The notes beneath the pieces were generated by a model that saw only the letters and a program-made list of their open reading frames with translations, was not told the origin of the DNA and searched no databases. Shown in pieces: positions 57,531 to 64,000 of a stretch of 64,000 nt of DNA (position 1 is the first letter of the stretch; the number at the start of each line of letters is the position of its first letter). The translations under genes were made by a program, and so were the position numbers. This stretch comes from Sulfurihydrogenibium sp. (GTDB lineage: Bacteria; Aquificota; Aquificia; Aquificales; Hydrogenothermaceae). Where the stretch lies: the NCBI RefSeq assembly GCF_028276765.1, contig NZ_JAPYVU010000002.1, forward strand, positions 6,066 to 70,065, in the 5' to 3' direction.

Positions 57531-59815
57531 ATGAAAGATTTTACGATGCTTAGTATATCATTAGCTTTAATTGGTGGTATTAGCTGGTTCTTTTTTGGGA
57601 AAAAGTCTAACCAGGAAAAAAATGAAAGTTTATCCGGCGAGCTAGAAACTATACAGCTTAACATCTCAGGAATGCATTGTGCAGGCTGTGCAGCTGCAGT
57701 AGAAGCAACGTTAAAAATGATGGATGGAGTTAAAGAAGCTTCTGTAAACTTTGCCACTTCAAAAGGTATTTTTACATTCGACCCAACTAAAATAACCAAA
57801 CAGCAAATAGTAGATAAAATAAAAGAACTTGGATACGATGCTTCCTTTGATTTAGAAAATTTCGAAAAAAAAAGTTAGAGGAGCTAAATAATCTAAGACA
57901 TAGGCTAATAGTTTCTATTTCTCTCTTTTCTCTTCTTGTTTTATCAATGTTTATAAAATTTCCCTACAATGAATACTTTCAGTTTATCATTGCATCAATA
58001 ATTCAGTTTTATGGTGGTTATGAGTTTTATAAATCTTCATTTATGTCTTTAAAAAATAGACTTGCAGATATGAATCTGCTTGTTTCTCTTGGAACTTTTT
58101 CAGCTTATTTATATTCTGTATCAGTCTTACTTTTTCCTTCTTTTTTTCCGGAAAACATGAGACATGTATATTTTGAAGGCTCATCTGCTATCATTACATT
58201 TGTTTTACTTGGTAGATACTTAGAACAAAAGTCAAAATTAAAAGCAACAGACTTTATGAAAAATCTACTATCTTTAAAGCCAACTTATGCAACCATCATA
58301 GTTGATGGGAAAGAGTATCAAGTAAAGGCAGAAAATATCGTTAAAGGCGATATTGTAATTGTTAGACCTGGTGACAAAATACCTGTTGATGGAATTATTA
58401 TAGAAGGTCAGACAGAGATTGAACAGTCATTTTTAACAGGGGAGTCTAACCTTGTATATAAAAAGGAAGGTGATGAAGTTTTAGGTGGAAGTATAAATAA
58501 AGTTGGTGTAATCAAGATAAAAGCAACAAAAAACGCAAAAGATAGTGTTTTAAATCAGATTATAAACCTTCTTCTTGAGGCACAATCAAAAAAGCCAAAA
58601 ATTGGTCAGCTGGCAGATAGAATATCTCAAGTTTTTGTGCCGTCTGTTTTAATCTTTGCTATTATAGTGTTTAATATTTGGTACTATCTTGGATATCCGC
58701 TAAATTTTGCCTTTACAGCAGCGTTAACTGTTCTTGTGATAGCTTGTCCTTGTGCTTTGGGACTTGCTACTCCGATTGCAATAGTTAATATCGTTGGCAG
58801 AGCTGCAAAAGAAGGAATTTTAATCAAAAATCCCGAATTAATTGAAAATCTAAAAGAGATAGGTATTGTAATTTTTGACAAAACAGGGACTTTAACAGAA
58901 GGTAAATTTCAAGTTGTAAATACATTATACAAAGGAAGTAAAGAAGAGTTAGAAATGATTTTATCTTTGGAGAAAGATATTAACCATCCTATCTCTCAAT
59001 CCATCGTAAATTTTATGAAAGAAAACGGCTTTAATTTTGTTAACATCTCTCAAAAACAGATTTTAGAAGGTAGAGGAATAATTGGTATTTTTGAAAACAA
59101 AAAGTTGTACATTGGAAATAAAAAGCTTTTTGAAGAGATTGGTATAAACATATCAGATGAATTTTTAGAATTTTTAAAGAAAAATGAAGAAAACGGCTAC
59201 ACTGTAATCTTTGGTACTGTTGATGATAAAGTTGTGCTGGCTTTGGCTGTTTCAGATAGTATAAAAAAAGAAGCTTTAGAAGTTGTAAAGTGGTTTAAAA
59301 ATAAAGGTGTAAAAACTGTTCTTCTAACAGGGGATAACGAAAAGGTAGCAAAAAATGTAGCTAAAACTCTTGGCATAGATGAGGCTTATTGGCAGTTGAC
59401 GCCAATAGATAAATATAAATTTATCAAAAACTTAAAATCAGATTATGAAAAAAGTATAGTTTTTGTAGGAGATGGAATAAATGATGCTCCCGCAATGGCT
59501 GAATGCGATGTTGGCATAGCAGTAGAATCAGCTTCTGATATTACAAAAGATGCAGGAGATATAATACTGCTAAATTCTAATCTTAAAGGTGTAATAAAGG
59601 CCGTGTTATTAGCAGAGAAAGGACTAAAAATAATAAAGCAAAATCTATTTTGGGCGTATGTATACAATTTGATTGGAATTCCTGTTGCTGCCGGCTTTTT
59701 ATATCCAATCTTTGGAATCCTACTAAATCCAATGTATGCAGGCATGGCTATGGCGTTTAGCTCAATTACGGTAGTTTTAAATGCATTGAGACTTAGAAGG
59801 ATTTCTTTAGAATGA
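57531..59815 (+). CDS. copA: copper-translocating P1B-type ATPase, interrupted by a -1 frame change in an A9 run (frame-0 ORF 57531-57878; ATPase body in frame -1, open from 57866 to 59815)
   Basis: The N-terminal ORF has one TM helix and an HMA domain (GMHCAGCAAAVE). The body has TGES, CPC (ACPCALGLATP), DKTGTLT, HP (INHPISQ) and GDGINDAP, all intact. The junction read-through gives a normal linker plus helix MA. Confidence 0.85.
57865..57874 (+). other. A9G homopolymer / A_AAA_AAG slippery motif at the copA frame junction
   Basis: g aaa aaa aaa g at 57864-57874. The frame-0 stop TAG is at 57876-57878. Confidence 0.9.
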
Positions 59816-59838
59816 GAATTATCATATAAGGGTTATTG

Positions 59839-60119
59839 GGAATGTTCTAAAATTTTTATAAGTTTACTTTTTTGTAATTCTAAGGACTTTAATCTGAAGG
59901 ATCTACTCGTTTAAAAAAGTTAGAAAGTAAGTGAACAGTGAGAGGTAAAGGAAGGAGATTCTTTGCCGGCTGCAGAATGACCAATAAGACAACCGTTAAC
60001 TTACATGTGTATGGGTAATTCATAAATTGCCCCACTCTTTTACTTTCTTTGTCACTATAGGAATTTTATCCTGAAGGAACTTGCTTTTAAATTTTATGAA
60101 AACTACTAATTTCTCACCC
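59839..60119 (-). repeat. mosaic cluster upstream of the large helicase gene: degenerate reverse unit (59839-59981), box F, box E
   Basis: GAATGTTCTAAAATTTTTATAAGTTTAC...CTGAAGGATCTAC...GGAGATTCTTTGCCGGCTGCAGAATGAC; GGGTAATTCATAAATTGCCC (60013-60032); AATTTCTCACCC (60108-60119). Confidence 0.8.
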
Positions 60120-60183
60120 CACTGAGTTATAATAAGATAATCTTAGTTTAATTTAAGCACGGTTTTAAGGGAGGGAGGCTATT

Positions 60184-63100
60184 ATGCAAGATTGTAAAGA
60201 AAAGGTAAAAAATATACTAAGCTACTATCTATTTTCAGAGATGTTTCAATTAGAACAAGAAGACTTTAAACCTGATTTTGAAGAAATAATTGACCCAGAA
60301 TCTTTTAAGAACACCATAGTTGAATGTAGAGCACAGCTTAAAGATGAAAGAAAAATTGATGTTTTTAAGGTTTATATAGGGGTTTGTAGGGTTAAAAATC
60401 TTATAGAGTACCTTCAAAGCATTGGGCTTTTAAAAGAAGATGAAGAGTTAGAAAATTTTAATCTAAACTCCTATATAGCTCTTGGATATTTTTATATCAC
60501 TAAAAACGGACATTTAATTTACTCTAATGAAAGAGCTATAAAGTATCTTCCTATTTTACCTATCATCAGGATATTTAAAAACACAAAAGACATATCAAAA
60601 GCTATAAAAGAGTATATAGAAAATCAAGAGGAAATAGAAAAACTAGATAACAAAGCGTTTTTAGATAGATGGAAAGTAGATAAAGACGAGCCAAATGTTT
60701 GTTATGTAATAGATAGTTCTTGGGTAGTACATGAAAAAACTCAGGTTAAAGATATTGAAAAACTAAAAAATCTTAAAAACTGTGTTTTATGTGCAACAGA
60801 ACAAATTTTATCTGAATTAGATGGTTTAAAGAAAAATCCAAACCCTTACATATCTTCAAAAGCCAGAAAATTCCGTACTATCATAGATGAAATGGCAAAA
60901 GAAGCCCAGAAAAATCAAGATGGAAGATTAAGCGACGGTATGTGGTATCCGTCCAAAAATAAAAAGCAAATTTTTATAATAACACCTTCTTATGAAAACC
61001 TTAACGAGAGAGAATATGGTGTTGATAAACCAGAAGATGCATCTGTTATAAAAGCTACAGTTGATATGGCATCAAAGTATTTTCCAATAGTGCTTACTAA
61101 CGATAGGACTATAAGATTAGGTATTCAAAAATATACCACCTGTTTTTGGAACAGTACATCCTTGGATAAAGATATAGGTGTTTCTGAGAGACGTATAGTA
61201 GATTCAAAATCTAGCAATAGTATAGATGTCTTAAAAGAAGAGGAAGAATTTTTTTTCAAACTTTTTGAAATAGAAGAAGAGTTCTTAGAAACATCAAGAA
61301 AGGCACTATCATCCTTTGGAAATCGTTACTTTAAAGGAACTACTATTGCAATAGAGTCCGTCTCAGAGTTTGGCGAAAATTCAGGTTATCAAAAGGCATT
61401 AGAAGATTTGCAAAATATATCTCTAAACCCTTTTTTTGAAAGTGTACAAGAACTTTTAGAAGAAGAGAAAACTTCAGAGCTTTTGAATACCTATCTTTGC
61501 GGTAAAGATATAGAATTTGACCTTTCTTCTGTAAAAAACGTTGTAGAGCTTCTTACAAAGCAAGATATACCATTAGCAAAATGGCTATCTCCTTATAATG
61601 CTTCTATGATGCAACAAATCGCTATAAATAAAGCGAATGAATTAAAAGACCAAGAGCTGATGGCTGTAAATGGACCACCAGGCACAGGAAAAACCACACT
61701 TTTAAAGGATATTATCGCAAATATAATAGTAAAAAGAGCTTTAAAGATAATAGATGTAGACTACAAAATCTTTGATAATAATGGAAAACTAATAGATGAC
61801 CTAAAAGGTTTTGGCATAGTTGTAGCCTCTAACAATAACGCGGCAGTAGAAAATATATCTATAGAACTGCCAAAAATGGACGATGACGTTAAGAAATCGC
61901 TTATTGATATAAACGAAGGTAGTTTTAGATATTTTGAAGACCTTATAAGAAAGTACTTTGAAGAGATCTCTAAAAACCAAAAACAAAGCAAAACAAAAGA
62001 TAATGAAGATGTAGATGAAGATTTAGGTATAGAAGATATAGAAGAAGCCAAGAAAAGCGAATACCTTGGATTACTGTCTATTCCCCTTGGTAATTCAACA
62101 AACAGAGATAGGGCAATTTCTCTCTTGAATGTTTTAAAAGCTGACATAGACCAAGAAGAAATTCCATCCGAGGAAGATATAAGACAAATAGGAGATAAAA
62201 TTAAAAACCTAAAATCAAAGATTGAAGAACTTTCCAAAAAACACAAGAATTACTATGCTCATCTAACAGACATAGAAAATTTGCAAAAGGAAAAAGACCA
62301 AATAGAAACTGATATAAAAACTTTAGAAAATGAACTTTCTAATCTCACAAAAGAAAAAGAATCTGTAGATGCTGAAATATTAAAACTTGAAGAAAAGAAA
62401 AAAGAGACTATCAACTTACTTGACATGCATGAAAAATCAAGACCTTCTGAATTTGCTAATTTCTTATCCATATTTTTTAAAAGCTTAAAAACAAAAATAG
62501 AAAAGTGGGAAACGCAAAAACTAAATTTGATGAATGAAAGAACAATTCTAAATCAAAAATTAGATGAAAAAGAACAATATAAACAAAAACTTCAAAAGAA
62601 AATAAATGACATACAATCAAGCTTGTCTGAGAAAAAAGCTAAGAAGGACAACATAGACAAAGAATTTTCGGTTAAGCTAAATTTTATACAAGATATGGAA
62701 TCCAACTACAAGGATATGCTGCTACCTAAGGATTTATACAAAAAGATCATATCAGGAAATCAATTAACGGAAGATGAAAAAAAGCGAATATACATGTTTA
62801 CCCCATATAATTATAATGAGTTAAACAAACTTAGAATGCAGATATTTATTGAATCTTTAAAACTTCATAAACTTCTTATTGCAAGACATAAAGAAGATTT
62901 TAAAAAAATTCTAAACGTATTCACAGCATTTTTATCAATCCCTGATAAGTTTACCAACGATACATACTCTATGGAAGATTTATTTAATACATTTTTCTTT
63001 GTTATACCGGTTACGTCTACGACCTTTCATTCTTTTGAAACACTCTTTAAAAATATGAGAAAAGCAGGTATTGGCTATCTAATAGTTGATGAAGCAGGGC

Positions 63101-64000
63101 AAGCGGTACCGCAACAAGCTATCATGCCAATTTACAAATCAAACAGAGCTATCGTGGTTGGCGACCCTCTCCAAATAGAACCTGTTGTAAGCATAACATC
63201 AGACCTTGATAAATACCTTATTAAAAGTTTTAATATAGAAGACCCAGAAAGATATCAAACAACCTCTTCTTCTGTCCAAATACTTGCAGACCATGGGTCT
63301 TCCATAGGAGCTTTTTATGAAGAGTATAGAGTAGGCATCCCATTGAATATCCATAGAAGATGCAACAATCCAATGTTTGATATAGCCAACGAAATAGCAT
63401 ATAAAGGAAGAATGATAAAAGGACAAACTGATAAAGAAAGCGTCAAAAATTTGATTCCAGATTATATTAAAGGCAAACCTCAGTCTTTATGGATTCATGT
63501 AGACTGGGAAAAAAGTAAAAAAGAAAGGCAAGTAGTTTTAGATGAGATAAAAGCTTTAAGAAAAATATTAAGAGATATTGAAAGTAGGTTAAGTCAGCAC
63601 GATATAGACATAGAAGAATTTATCAAGAGTAAAAACCTTTTTATAATTACCCCTTTTAAAGATATAAAAGAACATATTGAAAAAGAATTTAAGAAATCTT
63701 CCTCAAAACTTGAAAATGCCTTAGTAAATGAAAGCTTAGGAAAATTTATAGGTACAATACACACGTTCCAAGGAAAGGAAGCAAAAATAGTAATTATAGT
63801 ATTAGGTGGTAAAGGAGAAAGATCTATGAACTGGGTGGCATCAAAACCTAATATGCTAAATGTAGCTCTCACAAGAGCAAAAGAATATTGTTTTATTATA
63901 GGAGATAGATCTATATGGAGTAATAAACCGTACTTTAAAGAGGCTGTAAAGTATATGAATTATATAGAAAGTAAGAAATTATGGGATTCAGACTCATCCA
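60184..64000 (+). CDS. very large Upf1-like (SF1B) helicase with an unassigned N-terminal region and a long coiled-coil insertion; 3' end beyond the window
   Basis: Absent from the ORF track because it is open at the window end. ATG at 60184 after a GGGAGGGAGG SD, then 1272 uninterrupted codons. Motifs in order: NGPPGTGKTT, VVASNNNAAVENI, LIVDEAGQA, VVGDPLQIEPVV, HRRCNNPMFDIANEIAYKGRM, TIHTFQGKEAKIVII, LNVALTRAK. Confidence 0.85.
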   Translation, partial: MQDCKEKVKNILSYYLFSEMFQLEQEDFKPDFEEIIDPESFKNTIVECRAQLKDERKIDVFKVYIGVCRVKNLIEYLQSIGLLKEDEELENFNLNSYIALGYFYITKNGHLIYSNERAIKYLPILPIIRIFKNTKDISKAIKEYIENQEEIEKLDNKAFLDRWKVDKDEPNVCYVIDSSWVVHEKTQVKDIEKLKNLKNCVLCATEQILSELDGLKKNPNPYISSKARKFRTIIDEMAKEAQKNQDGRLSDGMWYPSKNKKQIFIITPSYENLNEREYGVDKPEDASVIKATVDMASKYFPIVLTNDRTIRLGIQKYTTCFWNSTSLDKDIGVSERRIVDSKSSNSIDVLKEEEEFFFKLFEIEEEFLETSRKALSSFGNRYFKGTTIAIESVSEFGENSGYQKALEDLQNISLNPFFESVQELLEEEKTSELLNTYLCGKDIEFDLSSVKNVVELLTKQDIPLAKWLSPYNASMMQQIAINKANELKDQELMAVNGPPGTGKTTLLKDIIANIIVKRALKIIDVDYKIFDNNGKLIDDLKGFGIVVASNNNAAVENISIELPKMDDDVKKSLIDINEGSFRYFEDLIRKYFEEISKNQKQSKTKDNEDVDEDLGIEDIEEAKKSEYLGLLSIPLGNSTNRDRAISLLNVLKADIDQEEIPSEEDIRQIGDKIKNLKSKIEELSKKHKNYYAHLTDIENLQKEKDQIETDIKTLENELSNLTKEKESVDAEILKLEEKKKETINLLDMHEKSRPSEFANFLSIFFKSLKTKIEKWETQKLNLMNERTILNQKLDEKEQYKQKLQKKINDIQSSLSEKKAKKDNIDKEFSVKLNFIQDMESNYKDMLLPKDLYKKIISGNQLTEDEKKRIYMFTPYNYNELNKLRMQIFIESLKLHKLLIARHKEDFKKILNVFTAFLSIPDKFTNDTYSMEDLFNTFFFVIPVTSTTFHSFETLFKNMRKAGIGYLIVDEAGQAVPQQAIMPIYKSNRAIVVGDPLQIEPVVSITSDLDKYLIKSFNIEDPERYQTTSSSVQILADHGSSIGAFYEEYRVGIPLNIHRRCNNPMFDIANEIAYKGRMIKGQTDKESVKNLIPDYIKGKPQSLWIHVDWEKSKKERQVVLDEIKALRKILRDIESRLSQHDIDIEEFIKSKNLFIITPFKDIKEHIEKEFKKSSSKLENALVNESLGKFIGTIHTFQGKEAKIVIIVLGGKGERSMNWVASKPNMLNVALTRAKEYCFIIGDRSIWSNKPYFKEAVKYMNYIESKKLWDSDSS

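Noticed and set aside
57879-57947. Explaining copA as two separate genes (a chaperone plus an ATPase starting at ATG 57947)
   Set aside because: The -1 frame is open and encodes a sensible linker and first TM helix upstream of 57947. There is no start codon or properly spaced SD for it there. The GAGGAG at 57878-57883 has no start codon 5-10 nt downstream.
61761-63872. Minus-strand track ORFs 61761-62246, 61801-61986, 62259-62471, 63199-63426 and 63594-63872
   Set aside because: All are antisense shadows (S/F/L-rich) of the long + strand helicase ORF, which carries a full ordered set of SF1 motifs.

Overview
AT-rich (about one-third G+C by eye) bacterial chromosomal segment. The Lys/Glu/Ile-rich proteins, a futalosine-pathway gene and a Klenow-only PolA suggest a thermophilic member of Aquificota (Sulfurihydrogenibium/Persephonella-like); this is inference only. 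The backbone is housekeeping: fabG-acpP-fabF-rnc-pdxJ-glmS, pilMNO-like genes, rny, rpmI-rplT-pheS-pheT, argS, recO, polA, fmt, obg, rpmB, hisIE, surE, trpE, tatAC, a bamA-like gene and three tRNAs. On top of this I see six things. (1) A 14-repeat CRISPR array (17256-18151) with no cas gene anywhere in the window. (2) A dense family of modular, hairpin-containing intergenic repeats: about a dozen clusters, including at least 8 copies of one ~125-nt two-hairpin unit. (3) Decayed IS fragments (IS110-like, rve/IS481-like, DDE IS4/5-like) and a junk island with nested palindromes and phased GATTACA iterons (29.8-31.3 kb). (4) A G+C-rich structured RNA candidate with a 6S-like fold directly upstream of the 5-formyl-THF cyclo-ligase gene. 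(5) An otherwise intact copA split by a frame change inside an A9 run (A_AAA_AAG). Frame 0 gives a membrane-anchored HMA chaperone-like ORF and frame -1 gives the ATPase body. (6) Two ORFs missing from the supplied ORF track because they are open at the window edges. One is an HKD/PLD-domain protein N-terminus (complement 1-624). The other is a >1272-codon Upf1-like SF1 helicase (60184 to window end) with an unassignable ~480-aa N-terminal region and a ~390-aa coiled-coil insertion. The helicase, the copA recoding candidate and the repeat family are the best leads for something undescribed. Coordinates for RNAs, repeats and promoters are hand-derived and approximate to a few nt.
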